A stretch of DNA of 55,523 bases, filler included, from Candidatus Woesearchaeota archaeon (lineage in GTDB: Archaea > Nanobdellota > Nanobdellia > Woesearchaeales > JACPBO01), in NCBI GenBank assembly GCA_016180285.1. It is 5 parts of 5 records of this genome, joined end to end, with 100 filler letters (N's around TTAATTAATTAA, not from the genome) between each part and the next. Parts side by side here need not be neighbours in the genome. Positions count along the whole stretch, not along the records: positions 36,442 to 46,702 come from JACPBO010000033.1; positions 46,803 to 55,523 come from JACPBO010000012.1; 3 more parts are not named here. One strand, 5' to 3'. The translations under genes and the position numbers were made by a program. Shown here in pieces: positions 38,627 through 48,253 of this stretch. The notes beneath the pieces are model-generated. The model was given only the letters and a program-made list of their open reading frames with translations. It made no database searches and was not told the DNA's origin. The stretch's first letter is position 1; each line of letters starts with the position of its first letter.

Positions 38627-39055
38627 CTATCTTCTCAGAAGTTCTATTCTTTTGATTGCGTCATCTATCGTCAATATTTTTGGGTTTTTAAACAAAAATG
38701 GGTTGATTTTTTCAGGATTTTCTGAATTTGTAATTGCCCTGTAAGTTTTGACGTCATTGTAACGGCTGCTTTTCCCAGGATTGTTGCTTTCTGAAGACTT
38801 TCTGCACAAAATAGCGATAAATGTATTATCTAGCTGACGGATTTCATAATAAAAAATCTCGCCATTTTCTAAACGTATGAAGTCTTTTCTATTCTTTCCT
38901 TCAGCCAGAAGGGGAATATTAAATTGAAGCTCTTTAAAACGCAGCTCATGCCTTGTTTTTCTTGCATAGAACACGTCATTCAGGTTAAGCCCATCTTTCA
39001 ATCTTCTAAGGTAGCACATATACTCGTCCAATAATCTGTTGCCGTCCATAATCAA
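38627..39055 (-). CDS. Hypothetical protein, ~140 aa
   Basis: ORF filling the gap between argS and the arginase gene. Confidence 0.6.
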   Translation of the reverse strand: MIMDGNRLLDEYMCYLRRLKDGLNLNDVFYARKTRHELRFKELQFNIPLLAEGKNRKDFIRLENGEIFYYEIRQLDNTFIAILCRKSSESNNPGKSSRYNDVKTYRAITNSENPEKINPFLFKNPKILTIDDAIKRIELLRR

Positions 39056-39089
39056 GGCAAATGAAGCGGTTTATTTAAAGATTATTAAT

Positions 39090-40754
39090 CTACATTCGTT
39101 CTAAGACGTCAATTCCTAGCAGATAAAGAGCCTGTTTTATGACAACCCTGAATGCTTCAACAAGCTTCAGCCTGAATGCTTCTTCTTCGCTTCCAATAAC
39201 AGGGCAGGCATGGTAAAATTCGCTGAATAACTGGGCAAGCCTGAAAGAATAATTGGCTATATGGCTCGGATCTAGCTGCTGGGCTGATCTTTCAACTTGT
39301 TTTGGGAATTCCAAAAGAGCTTTTACAAGCCCAAATTCCTTTTCCTGGATCTTCGGGATTTCTATCTTTACTTTTGCTGCCTTTTTGGCTTTTCTCAGGA
39401 TTGAAGATGCGCGGGCATAGCTGTACTGCAGATAAGGCCCCGTGTCCCCTTCAAAGTTTAATGCCTCTTCTTTATCAAAAACTATGTTTTTGTTTGGGTC
39501 CTGTTTAAGCATGGTGTATTTTACAGCTGCTATTGAGATCGCCAATGCTCTCTTCCCTGTTTCAGCGGCAGTTATACCTGGGAATCGTTTTTTAATTTCT
39601 TTTTCAGCATAATCAGTTATCTCTTTCTTGAAATCTGAATAGAGGATATTCTCCCCAGTGCGGGAAGACATTTTCCCTGTAGGCAGCCGAACTTCAGAGA
39701 AATAAACGAATCTGTAATCTTTGACATAAGGGAATTTCATCAGCTCCAGTGTTTTCAGTATCTGAAATGTATGCAATGACTGCGCTGTGCCTACAACAGT
39801 GATGCTTCTGCTTATTTTTGCATCTTTGAATTTCTTTTCTGCCAATGCAAGGTCTTTTGCAGAATACAAGACAGTTCCGTCGCTTCTAAGCAAAACCCAG
39901 ATGCCAAGATCATATTTTTCCAGGTCTACGATTGTTGCGCCGTCGCTTATCTTTGCTATTCCTTTTTTGACCAGTTCTTGCGCTATCTCTTTTCCTCTTT
40001 TTTCCACTTCTCTTTCAAAATAATATCTGTCAAAATGTGTATTGAGTTCCCTGTAAATTTTTTCGAATGCCTCCAGGCTATAGTCTCTTGTTTTTTTCCA
40101 TAAAGCCGTCAGTTCATTATCTTTTTCTTCTTCCAGCGCCTTATTGACTCCATTTACTTCTTCCTGGAGAGACTCGTTTTCAGCCAGCCTTTTTACAGCA
40201 TCAACATAAACTGAGGCAATCCATGATTCTTCTTTGCTTAATTTTTCTTTAGAATGGTATTTTTTATAGCACCATATCCATTTCGCCACATGCATCCCTG
40301 TATCTCCCTGATAATTTGCCCTTATTACATCGTTGCCTGAAAACTCTAAAACCCTTGCCAAGCTCTCGCCGAAACTAGTTGCTCTTATGTGCCCTACATG
40401 AAATGCCTTGTGCGTGTTTGCCTGCGAGAACTCCACCATTATTTTTCTTTTTGCGCTGCACCGCCCAAAGTCCTGATTTATCTTAATTGCCTCTTCAGCA
40501 AGAAATTTCTTATTTATGAAAAAATTAACATAAGGGCCTTTCGCTTCAACTTTTTCAATAAAGGAGATTTTTTCTTTTTCTAGCTTTGATCTTAATTCAT
40601 TTGCTATTTCAACCGGGTTTTTCCTGTAAATTTTAGATAATGAAAAGCATGGAAAGGCGTAATCGCCAATAGAATTGTCAGGAGGAATCTCTAAACTAAC
40701 TTCAGCTTTAATTTCCTTTTTCAGGATCTTTGTTATTTCTTCTTTATAATCCAT
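39090..40754 (-). CDS. argS: Arginine-tRNA ligase
   Basis: FHVGHIR (HIGH), KMSSRTG, GDTGPYLQYSYAR. Confidence 0.98.
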   Translation of the reverse strand: MDYKEEITKILKKEIKAEVSLEIPPDNSIGDYAFPCFSLSKIYRKNPVEIANELRSKLEKEKISFIEKVEAKGPYVNFFINKKFLAEEAIKINQDFGRCSAKRKIMVEFSQANTHKAFHVGHIRATSFGESLARVLEFSGNDVIRANYQGDTGMHVAKWIWCYKKYHSKEKLSKEESWIASVYVDAVKRLAENESLQEEVNGVNKALEEEKDNELTALWKKTRDYSLEAFEKIYRELNTHFDRYYFEREVEKRGKEIAQELVKKGIAKISDGATIVDLEKYDLGIWVLLRSDGTVLYSAKDLALAEKKFKDAKISRSITVVGTAQSLHTFQILKTLELMKFPYVKDYRFVYFSEVRLPTGKMSSRTGENILYSDFKKEITDYAEKEIKKRFPGITAAETGKRALAISIAAVKYTMLKQDPNKNIVFDKEEALNFEGDTGPYLQYSYARASSILRKAKKAAKVKIEIPKIQEKEFGLVKALLEFPKQVERSAQQLDPSHIANYSFRLAQLFSEFYHACPVIGSEEEAFRLKLVEAFRVVIKQALYLLGIDVLERM

Positions 40755-40801
40755 GATGCAGAAAAGAAAGCAGCTTAAATATAAAGTTTTGGGTTTATTT
40801 G

Positions 40802-40930
40802 TTAAGCTTTCCCGTACCCTTCCATAAACCCTTCTTCCCAGTCATCAAGCTCATCTTCTTCTCTTCTTTCCTCAAACATATTATATGTGTCCATATCATC
40901 TTCGTCATCAAACCAGTCGTCGACTTTCAT
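40802..40930 (-). CDS. 42-aa highly acidic microprotein
   Basis: MKVDDWFDDEDDMDTYNMFEERREEDELDDWEEGFMEGYGKA with GGGGGTGA SD. Confidence 0.7.
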   Translation of the reverse strand: MKVDDWFDDEDDMDTYNMFEERREEDELDDWEEGFMEGYGKA

Positions 40931-40934
40931 TCTA

Positions 40935-41060
40935 TCACCCCCTGCGCTTTTTTAACTTCTTGAAATGCCTCGCAAAATCAGGATAATCGTGCTTTGTAAG
41001 GTTCAATTTCAGAAATTCTGCCAATTTTTTGATGTCAACTATTTTTTCCTTAATGCCCAT
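40935..41060 (-). CDS. 41-aa basic microprotein
   Basis: MGIKEKIVDIKKLAEFLKLNLTKHDYPDFARHFKKLKKRRG with GAGGCGG SD; its stop lies in the next gene's SD. Confidence 0.6.
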   Translation of the reverse strand: MGIKEKIVDIKKLAEFLKLNLTKHDYPDFARHFKKLKKRRG

Positions 41061-41070
41061 TTCTACCGCC

Positions 41071-41208
41071 TCACAAAAACGTCGGAAGCCTTGTCTGAAT
41101 CGCGCTTTTTCCTGGCGCTTCGTTTATTTTGTATTTTTTACTGTAAAGCAACCTCAAAAATGAACTTAGAAGTCCCTTCTTTCCCAGCTCCTTCTTTGCA
41201 TAGCTCAT
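41071..41208 (-). CDS. 45-aa basic microprotein with a PIP-box-like C-terminus
   Basis: MSYAKKELGKKGLLSSFLRLLYSKKYKINEAPGKSAIQTRLPTFL with GGCGGTGG SD. Confidence 0.55.
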   Translation of the reverse strand: MSYAKKELGKKGLLSSFLRLLYSKKYKINEAPGKSAIQTRLPTFL

Positions 41209-41225
41209 CTTGCCACCGCCCAATA

Positions 41226-41313
41226 TATTGATTATCAATAACGTATAACGATATAGGTAAACAACTATTTAAACATTTCTATCGTAGAATATAGATAATC
41301 AATAATGATAATC
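41226..41313. promoter_or_regulatory. Candidate operator sites in a divergent promoter region
   Basis: Palindrome TATTGAT-T-ATCAATA at 41226-41240, GATAATCAATA at 41294-41304 (inverse of the first 11 bp) and GATAATC at 41307-41313. Confidence 0.55.
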
Positions 41314-41336
41314 TTTATATATAAATCGAGCATTAT

Positions 41337-41918
41337 ATGCTCATGGTTAGTCTGGAAACGAAAAACAGGATTCTTGAGTTTATAAAAAACAACGAAATGT
41401 GCTCTTCCACTGAGATTGCAGAAAAGCTGGGCATCAACAGGGTGACAATAACCAAGTACCTTGCAATACTCTGCTCTGAAAGAATGCTGAATTTCAAGCG
41501 CATAGGCATGGCAAAGGTGTGGTTTGTGGAAAAGTCTCCTCTTCTGGGAATATTTAACAGCGAAAATTATGATGAAAATGCGAAAAGGATGCTGGATCTC
41601 ATAGGTGAAGGGGTGATTGTCCTAAATGAGAAAGGCGAGATTGTCTGGGTCAATAACTTGATTGAAAAGATAAACGGCAAATTAAAGAGCATAAAGGGAA
41701 AAATGTGCTATGAAGTTTTTAACAATGGCAGGCTAACCAAGGACTGCCCTGCATTGCAGACTCTTAGAAACGGCAAGGTGCACCGCTCAAAATACCACCC
41801 GATCTGCAATTTTTTCAAAAAGCGTTCTGCTCAGATTACTTCTTCTCCTATATTCGATACCCGCAAAAAGGTTGTTGGAGTGATAGAGATAGTGAAGTTC
41901 GAGGAAGAAGTGAAATAA
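41337..41918 (+). CDS. wHTH plus PAS-domain transcription regulator
   Basis: TEIAEKLGINRVTITKYL HTH; EGVIVLNEKGEIVWVN...GKMCYEVF...CPALQTL...SPIFD...VVGVIE PAS domain. Confidence 0.9.
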   Translation: MLMVSLETKNRILEFIKNNEMCSSTEIAEKLGINRVTITKYLAILCSERMLNFKRIGMAKVWFVEKSPLLGIFNSENYDENAKRMLDLIGEGVIVLNEKGEIVWVNNLIEKINGKLKSIKGKMCYEVFNNGRLTKDCPALQTLRNGKVHRSKYHPICNFFKKRSAQITSSPIFDTRKKVVGVIEIVKFEEEVK

Positions 41919-41922
41919 TAGA

Positions 41923-42065
41923 TGTCAAAAACCACCCATCACAGATGGGTGGCATGTCGCTGCGATCCACAAAATCAGGTGGTTTTTGAGCACACCAAAA
42001 TTCCACATATTGACCTGTGGTTTACGGAGTAAACCACCATTCAAAGAATGGTGGAATTTTTAGTG
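41923..42065. repeat. Twin-hairpin palindromic intergenic element, copy B
   Basis: TCAAAAACCACC...GGTGGTTTTTGA followed by CACCAAAATTCCAC...GTGGAATTTTTAGTG; first 70 nt homologous to 2825-2894. Confidence 0.85.
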
Positions 42066-42124
42066 TTTAAATTGATTGGCCCAAGCAAAAACCTTATAAA
42101 TGAAATAATAAATTCTTGCGTTAT

Positions 42125-42209
42125 GCCTCCGTAGCATAGTAGCTATTGCGGCTGACTTGTATCCATGCAAGCCATCAGCAGGTCGGGAGTGCAAATCTCC
42201 CCGGAGGCT
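42125..42209 (+). tRNA. tRNA-Thr(UGU) with a 12-nt intron at 37/38 (42162-42173)
   Basis: GCCTCCG/CGGAGGC acceptor; GCTGA-CT-TGT-A[TCCATGCAAGCC]A-TCAGC; BHB central helix CTTG/CAAG. Confidence 0.92.
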
Positions 42210-42261
42210 TTAGATCAAATTTAAGAAAAGCAAAGAAGATGCAGTAGGCTTTGGTGCAAAA

Positions 42262-42888
42262 ATGAAAATAATTTTACTGGGTCCGCCAGGCATAGGAAAG
42301 GGAACGATCGCAAAGATGATCTCTTCTAAATATGGTATTCCTCAGGTTTCAACCGGCGATCTTCTCAGGATGAACATCGCAAAAGGCACATCACTGGGAA
42401 AAGAAGCTAAAAAATATATGGACGCAGGCAAGCTTGTTCCTGATAATTTGGTTATCGATATGCTTGCAGATAGGCTGAAAAAAACAGACTGCAAAAACGG
42501 ATTTATTCTAGATGGCTTTCCAAGGACTATTCCGCAGGCCGAAGCGCTGGATAAAATAGCCAAAATTGATATTGTTATTGATTTTGAAGCATCTGAGAAA
42601 ACAATAATAAAGAGATTAAGCGGAAGAAGGACATGTAGCAAATGCGGCAATATTTACCATCTTGAAAACATGCCGCCAAAGAAAGATGGAATCTGCGACA
42701 AATGCGGGGGCAAGCTTTATTTAAGGGATGATGACAAGCCGGAAGTTATAAAGCAGAGATTAAAGACATATAACGAGCTGACAGCTCCGTTAATATTATA
42801 TTACTCCGGCAAAGATCTGCTGGAAGAAATAAACGCAGAGAAAACCCCGGAAGAGATATTTGAAAATGTTGTTTGTGTTTTGGAATGA
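42262..42888 (+). CDS. adk: Adenylate kinase, bacterial-type with Zn lid
   Basis: GPPGIGKGT, STGDLLR, LDGFPRT, two CxxC, RDDD. Confidence 0.97.
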   Translation: MKIILLGPPGIGKGTIAKMISSKYGIPQVSTGDLLRMNIAKGTSLGKEAKKYMDAGKLVPDNLVIDMLADRLKKTDCKNGFILDGFPRTIPQAEALDKIAKIDIVIDFEASEKTIIKRLSGRRTCSKCGNIYHLENMPPKKDGICDKCGGKLYLRDDDKPEVIKQRLKTYNELTAPLILYYSGKDLLEEINAEKTPEEIFENVVCVLE

Positions 42889-43656
42889 ATGATCATGCAG
42901 GAAAAATTATTTTTTGAAAACAGCAAAGGAAACAAGCTTTGCGGAATACTGTCAAACCCGACAGCCAGCAAAGACAGGCCAATCATAATTTTATGCCATG
43001 GGTTTAGTTCAAGCAAAGATAGTAAGACATTTGTTGAATTAGAGAAAATTCTTAATGAAAAAGGCATTTCTACATTTAGATTTGATTTTTATGGCCATGG
43101 GGAAAGCGAAGGAAAATTTGAAGATGTAACAATTTCTGAAGCTGTAGATGATGTTTTAAATGCAATAAAGTTTTTGAAGCAAAAAGGCTATAAGAAAATA
43201 GGCCTTATGGGATCAAGTTTTGGCGGCATGGCGAGCCTATTAGCGGCATCAAAGACGAACGATTTATATGTGTTGGCACTAAAGTCTCCTGTATCAGATT
43301 ACCTTAGAGAAATTATTGCTCAAATAAGCAAATATCCTTTAAATGTTTGGAAGAAACAAGGGTTTATTTATTACACAAATAGCAAAGGAAACAAATTCAG
43401 GCTGAATTATTCTTTTTTTGAAGATGCTAAAACTGTAAGCGGCTATGAAGCTGCCAAAAAGATCAAAATCCCGACTTTAATTGTCCATGGTGATAAAGAC
43501 GAGTCTGTTCCTATAGAACAAAGTATAAAGACTGCAAAATTGATCAAAAACTGCAAGCTTGAAATCATTAAAGGCGCAGACCACAGATATACAAATCCAG
43601 AGCATTTTGAGAAGATGCTGAGCTTGGTTTCAGGGTTTATTATTGAAAATTCTTAA
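42889..43656 (+). CDS. Alpha/beta hydrolase
   Basis: CHGF, RFDFYGHGES, GSSFGG, HGDKDESVP, GADH. Confidence 0.93.
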   Translation: MIMQEKLFFENSKGNKLCGILSNPTASKDRPIIILCHGFSSSKDSKTFVELEKILNEKGISTFRFDFYGHGESEGKFEDVTISEAVDDVLNAIKFLKQKGYKKIGLMGSSFGGMASLLAASKTNDLYVLALKSPVSDYLREIIAQISKYPLNVWKKQGFIYYTNSKGNKFRLNYSFFEDAKTVSGYEAAKKIKIPTLIVHGDKDESVPIEQSIKTAKLIKNCKLEIIKGADHRYTNPEHFEKMLSLVSGFIIENS

Positions 43657-43673
43657 GAATCATTTAATTTTCC

Positions 43674-44627
43674 TTATTTTGCATTCCTGTAAAACTTCGC
43701 TGCCTTCTCCGGGCTTATTGTGTTCATCACGTCATTTGTTGAGAATTCAAACCCTGCCCAGTATGCGATTCTTGGGGCGATCTCAACATGGAAATGGAAG
43801 TCATGGTTTTCAGGCGCATAATGGAAATACAGGTTATAGGAGTCTGTCACCCTCATTACCCTGTCCAGAATGAAGTTTATTATTTCTGCAAGCTCGTGGA
43901 AATCATGCTCTGAAAAATCTGTAAAGGTCTTAAAGTGCTTCTTCGGAAAGATCCATGCTTCATAATTGAAGCGCGATGCATAAGGCGCAAATGCAACAAA
44001 TGAGCTGTTTTCTTTTATGAATCTCGGAGAAAGCCTTTCCTGCTTGATTATCTTGCAGTACGGGCAGCCGTAATTTTTGTCCATATAAGCGCCAAATGCC
44101 AGCAGCTCTTCTCTCACAAGCGTTGGAACCAAAGGATACGAAATAAGCTGCGCATGGGAATGCTGCAGCGAAGCGCCGCCTTCTTTTCCCTCGTTCTTGA
44201 AAACAACAACGTATTTTGCTTTCGGGTCCTTCAGCAGCTCTTTTACTCTTAATGCATATACTTTAAACACTTCTTTTTGGTCTTCTATTGAAAGTTCTGA
44301 CAGCTGCTTTGTGTGAAGCGGTGTCTCAATTACAATTTCATGGGAGCCGTAAGCAGAAGTTCTTTCAAAAAATCCATGCGATGTGATGCGCGGCGATCCA
44401 ACCTTGCTCACAGCAGGGTATTTGTTCGGGATAACCCTTACGCTCCATTTCCCGTCTTTTGTCACCCTGTAGATTTCAGGCGGAGAGAGGTTTTCATGGC
44501 CAGGGCAGAACGGGCATGCCTTCTGAGGCTCAATTCTTACAATTCTCTTAAATTCCCTGGGCCTTCTTTTTCTGCCTTCAGTTATTATAACCCATCTGTC
44601 CAGTAAATAGTCTTTTCTTAATTCCAT
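43674..44627 (-). CDS. galT: Galactose-1-phosphate uridylyltransferase family protein
   Basis: CPFCPG, PNKYP, GASLQHSHAQ. Confidence 0.92.
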   Translation of the reverse strand: MELRKDYLLDRWVIITEGRKRRPREFKRIVRIEPQKACPFCPGHENLSPPEIYRVTKDGKWSVRVIPNKYPAVSKVGSPRITSHGFFERTSAYGSHEIVIETPLHTKQLSELSIEDQKEVFKVYALRVKELLKDPKAKYVVVFKNEGKEGGASLQHSHAQLISYPLVPTLVREELLAFGAYMDKNYGCPYCKIIKQERLSPRFIKENSSFVAFAPYASRFNYEAWIFPKKHFKTFTDFSEHDFHELAEIINFILDRVMRVTDSYNLYFHYAPENHDFHFHVEIAPRIAYWAGFEFSTNDVMNTISPEKAAKFYRNAK

Positions 44628-44667
44628 TTTGTTATTTGTTTGTCTTTATGATTATTGTTTAAATAGT

Positions 44668-45699
44668 TTATTGTTTTTTGAACAGGAAATCAACTGCAAC
44701 AGTCGCATAGCTTCCTTTTGGAAGTCTGAATTTTACTGTTATTTTTTCTTTATTTTTATTCAGATCATCCTTTTCTTTCTTGATTATTTTAAAGCCCTTC
44801 ATTTTCATAAACAAATCCCTCAATCCGCCTTCTGAGCTAAGCTCAGGCAGGGATTTCAAAACAAAATCCCTTGGCGTTATTTTTTCCTTTTCCAGGTTTT
44901 TTTCAATTATTTTTTTCAGTTTTGAATTTTTAACAGTATCAAGATCCAAGCCAAATCCTATTAGCGGTATCTTAAGGCTTTTTTTATTTTTGTACATTTT
45001 TAAAAATTCTGAAACAGCATTATTCCATAAAAAGCTCTGATAGGAATGAATGTACAATCTTAAAACCCGTTTTGGAATGATCTTTAATGCAGCGTTGTAG
45101 TTGTTTTTGTTGCTCTCCAAAAAACCATTTATTTTTTCTTTCAGAAAAGCGTCATTTTCAACAATCAAATCAATTGCTTCTTTAACCTTATTCTTAAGAA
45201 TCAATTTCCCCGCCTCAATGTTGTTTTTTGAGAATCTCTGCTCGCCGTAATAATTTGGTATTTTTAATTTATTGCTCTTCATCATTTTTGTATTTTTCAA
45301 AAAAATGCTTAAGTCCTTCTTATCCAGATTCCTGACAGCAATCTCGAAACTATTGCCCTCCAAATCACCTAATGAAACCGGCTGATCAGAATATCCAATG
45401 AACGTTAGTTCAATATTCTTTATTCTTAAATTCTTGATTTTATTTAAAAAAGCATCATTAAAAACCATTATCGAAATATGCTGTTCTGTTATTGCCTTTT
45501 TATCCTTATTCCCAGCATAGCCTATGCCTTTATTTTTTATGGTTAATGCGTTAGAAATAATATCTATTGCTTCAGGAGTTGAGCAATTTATTTTTTTCAA
45601 TAAAAAAACGCCATATTCCCCTTTATCACTCCCCCTAATACCGCCTATCTCCTTTACAATGAAATCCTCAGGAATCTGCTTTATTCTGTACATAATCAT
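44668..45699 (-). CDS. truD: tRNA pseudouridine synthase D
   Basis: IKQIPEDFIVKE, GYAGNKDKKAITEQ, NYYGEQRF, LPKGSYAT. Confidence 0.95.
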   Translation of the reverse strand: MIMYRIKQIPEDFIVKEIGGIRGSDKGEYGVFLLKKINCSTPEAIDIISNALTIKNKGIGYAGNKDKKAITEQHISIMVFNDAFLNKIKNLRIKNIELTFIGYSDQPVSLGDLEGNSFEIAVRNLDKKDLSIFLKNTKMMKSNKLKIPNYYGEQRFSKNNIEAGKLILKNKVKEAIDLIVENDAFLKEKINGFLESNKNNYNAALKIIPKRVLRLYIHSYQSFLWNNAVSEFLKMYKNKKSLKIPLIGFGLDLDTVKNSKLKKIIEKNLEKEKITPRDFVLKSLPELSSEGGLRDLFMKMKGFKIIKKEKDDLNKNKEKITVKFRLPKGSYATVAVDFLFKKQ

Positions 45700-45745
45700 A
45701 AATAATCAAAAACTATTTAAAACCTTTACTAATAATATCGCTTGT

Positions 45746-45852
45746 GGACCTGTAGCGCAGTCTGGTAACTTCAATGTTGGACAAATAGCGCGGCAGCCCC
45801 CTAAGCTGTAGGTCGAGAGTTCGAAACAAATGCGAAAGTCTCTCCAGGTCCG
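45746..45852 (+). tRNA. tRNA-Arg(CCU) with two non-canonical introns (45766-45784 in the D-loop, 45826-45838 in the T-loop)
   Basis: GGACCTG/CAGGTCC acceptor; GCAGC-CC-CCT-AA-GCTGT anticodon arm. Both inserts form BHB motifs, and removing them gives a 75-nt cloverleaf. Confidence 0.88.
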
Positions 45853-45861
45853 CTTTTAAAT

Positions 45862-46702
45862 ATGAAAAAATGGATTATAATCTCGACATTGATCGGCATT
45901 GCATTATTCACATCTGTATTCTTTCAGCTGGGCTTGGGAAATGTTGCTGAAACATTCAAAAAGGCAAATTACTTTTATTTGGTTCCTTACTTGATCTTTT
46001 CTATTGCAATATTCATAGGCATACAGTACAGGCTGAAGATCATACTAAAAGCACATGGCTTCAGAATAAGCCTGCTGAAATTGCTGCCAATAGGCTTTTC
46101 AGGGTTTGCAACGAGCTACTTGACGCCAAGCGCGCAGGTCGGCGGAGAGCCTGTGAAGGCATATCTATTATGCAGGCACGGCATAAAATATTCCAAAGCA
46201 TTGGCATCTGCTGTCATAGACAAATCGCTTGAATTAAGCGTTAATGCATTCTTTGCCTTTGTCGGATTGATTCTATTTTTAATGAAATTCGCATTGCCAA
46301 GAAAGGCGGAAATTGTGATGTCTTTCAGCGTAGTGCTTCTTATTGTTTTCCTGAGCGTTCTTTATTACAGGCTTGCGCGCGGCTTGGGATTTTTCAGCGA
46401 GCTGTTCAGGATTCTTGGCTTTAATAAAATAAAATACAAGCATATCCTAAAAATAGAGAAGACAATATTGGACATGGAAGGCCATATAACGAAGTTTTTC
46501 AAGCACAAAACTAAAACCCTGATTTTGACTTTGCTTCTCTCCTTGTTTTTATGGACATGCATGTTTCTGGAATATAAGATTGCATTGCTTATGTTTGGCT
46601 TTGACGCTTCCTTCTATGTCTTATTCCTTGTCATAACAGTTGTCGGAATTGCCTATATTTTCCCTATCCCTGCGGCTCTTGGAGTATTAGAAGTCGGCCA
46701 GG
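45862..46702 (+). CDS. Lysylphosphatidylglycerol-synthase-TM / flippase-like membrane protein, 3'-truncated
   Basis: YLTPSAQVGGEPVKAY, PIPAALGVLE, many TM segments. Confidence 0.88.
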
Positions 46703-46802
46703 NNNNNNNNNNNNNNNNNNNNNNNNNNNNNNNNNNNNNNNNNNNNTTAATTAATTAANNNNNNNNNNNNNNNNNNNNNNNNNNNNNNNNNNNNNNNNNN
46801 NN
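46703..46802. other. Artificial contig linker
   Basis: N44-TTAATTAATTAA-N44. Confidence 0.99.
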
Positions 46803-47081
46803 AACGCTGTTTTTCACAGCAGGATAGCTGTCAAGCAGGCTTTTATCTGCCCTGCCCAAATCAACAAATATTGCTTTGTCTATGCAGCCTATTGGAATCG
46901 CTTTTTTATCAAATGATCCAAACTGGGAAGTTCTTACACCGCTTTTGATATCAATATCAGCAGTTGAGAGCCTAGTATCGCAAAGCCTGTCCTGCACCAT
47001 CGCGATTGCCTTAAACCCAAATGTAAGTACAAATATCACAACAATAACTGCAATCAATTGTTTTATCAGTTCGCTTTGCAT
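46803..47081 (-). CDS. N-terminally anchored secreted or pilin-like protein, 3'-truncated
   Basis: Hydrophobic N-terminal helix LIAVIVVIFVLTFGF followed by a Cys-containing soluble region. Confidence 0.55.
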
Positions 47082-47124
47082 TTTCTATTTTCTTATTTTT
47101 TTAAATCATCTCTTGGTAATGTAA

Positions 47125-47601
47125 TCATTTTATTCTTTTGATTAAAAAAGTTGATTGAGGTTCAAAACCTATTTTAGTCCATGTTTTCATAGCAATTTCA
47201 TTGGAATTATAAACATTTGTTCTTACATATTTTATTCCTTTGTCTTTAAAAAATTTCAATGCAACATTAGTCAATGCTTTTGCTACTCCTTTTCCCCTAT
47301 AATCTTTATGTGTCGTAGCTGAATTTAGGTAACCATATTTTTTGATTTTGAAACAATCTTCATTTTTTTTAATAAAAAATTCAATAAAACCAATAACTTT
47401 TCCATCCATCTCCGCAACAAAAATATGATTGCTTCTTTTTCTTATATTTTTTTTAGCAAATTCTATTTGATTTTTTAAAGTCAACTTCTTTTCAAATTCC
47501 AATAATGGATCAACTTTCTTATGAGGTACCCAGAATTGAAAATATAATCTAGCTAAATCTTCTGCATCAGTTGTTCTTGATTTTCTAATTTTAAATGTCA
47601 T
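47125..47601 (-). CDS. GNAT-family N-acetyltransferase
   Basis: FVAEMDGKVIGF, HKDYRGKGVA, NEIAMKTWTKIGF. Confidence 0.93.
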   Translation of the reverse strand: MTFKIRKSRTTDAEDLARLYFQFWVPHKKVDPLLEFEKKLTLKNQIEFAKKNIRKRSNHIFVAEMDGKVIGFIEFFIKKNEDCFKIKKYGYLNSATTHKDYRGKGVAKALTNVALKFFKDKGIKYVRTNVYNSNEIAMKTWTKIGFEPQSTFLIKRIK

Positions 47602-47640
47602 ATTTTACTATTATTTTCTTTGGTATTTAAATATTATTAC

Positions 47641-47859
47641 TCAAGCGGTATTAACTTGAGAATGGTACATTGCATAATACGCAGAAATAACAACCCAATC
47701 TTCATGCTTAAGCTCATTTAAGTCTGTCATGACAATCAGATTATGGCCTGCCTTGCTGCTATGCCCGCTGCTCAGGTGCTCATTTGGCTTTGAAATTCTC
47801 AGCCCTCTTTCTTCCTTTGCCCTTTTCAATGCTTTCACAATAGTGTCTTTTGCTTTCAT
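47641..47859 (-). pseudogene. HEPN protein, 3'-truncated
   Basis: DWVVISAYYAMYH followed by an early stop; ATGA-coupled to the MNT gene. Confidence 0.75.
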
Positions 47860-48253
47860 TTGAACGCCAAATTAACAAATTTTTCTGCCCCATGCAGCAC
47901 ATAATGATTATTTACAATCTCTCTGATTATGGCTTTATCCCTTTGTTTTTTAAATTCATTAGATGCCATCATCACCATATTAATTTCCTTTCCGTATTTC
48001 GCATATATTTCTTTTGCTATTTTATCAATCCCGGTTTTTACTTTGCCCACAACCAACACATCAATATCGCTCTTTTTTGCTGCTGCGCCTTTTGCATATG
48101 ATCCAAACAAGATAACCGCGCTTATGTTTGCTTTTGCCTGTATAGAATTAATAAGATCCTCCAAAATCAGCTTTAATTCCTTGTTTGCAGTATAAAATTT
48201 TTCTTTTTTTCCAGCTCTTCCCTCTGTTCTTTTATTATGCTGCTCAAGTCCAT
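47856..48253 (-). pseudogene. MNT nucleotidyltransferase with a disrupted 5' end
   Basis: ILFGSYAKG...SDIDVLVV; the upstream ATG at 48253 (MDLSSIIKEQREELEK) is in a different frame. Confidence 0.7.

Noticed and set aside
11202..46802. Four identical TTAATTAATTAA motifs embedded in N runs
   Set aside because: Artificial scaffold linkers with six-frame stops. ORFs ending in X runs or LIN are artefacts, and gene order across linkers is meaningless.
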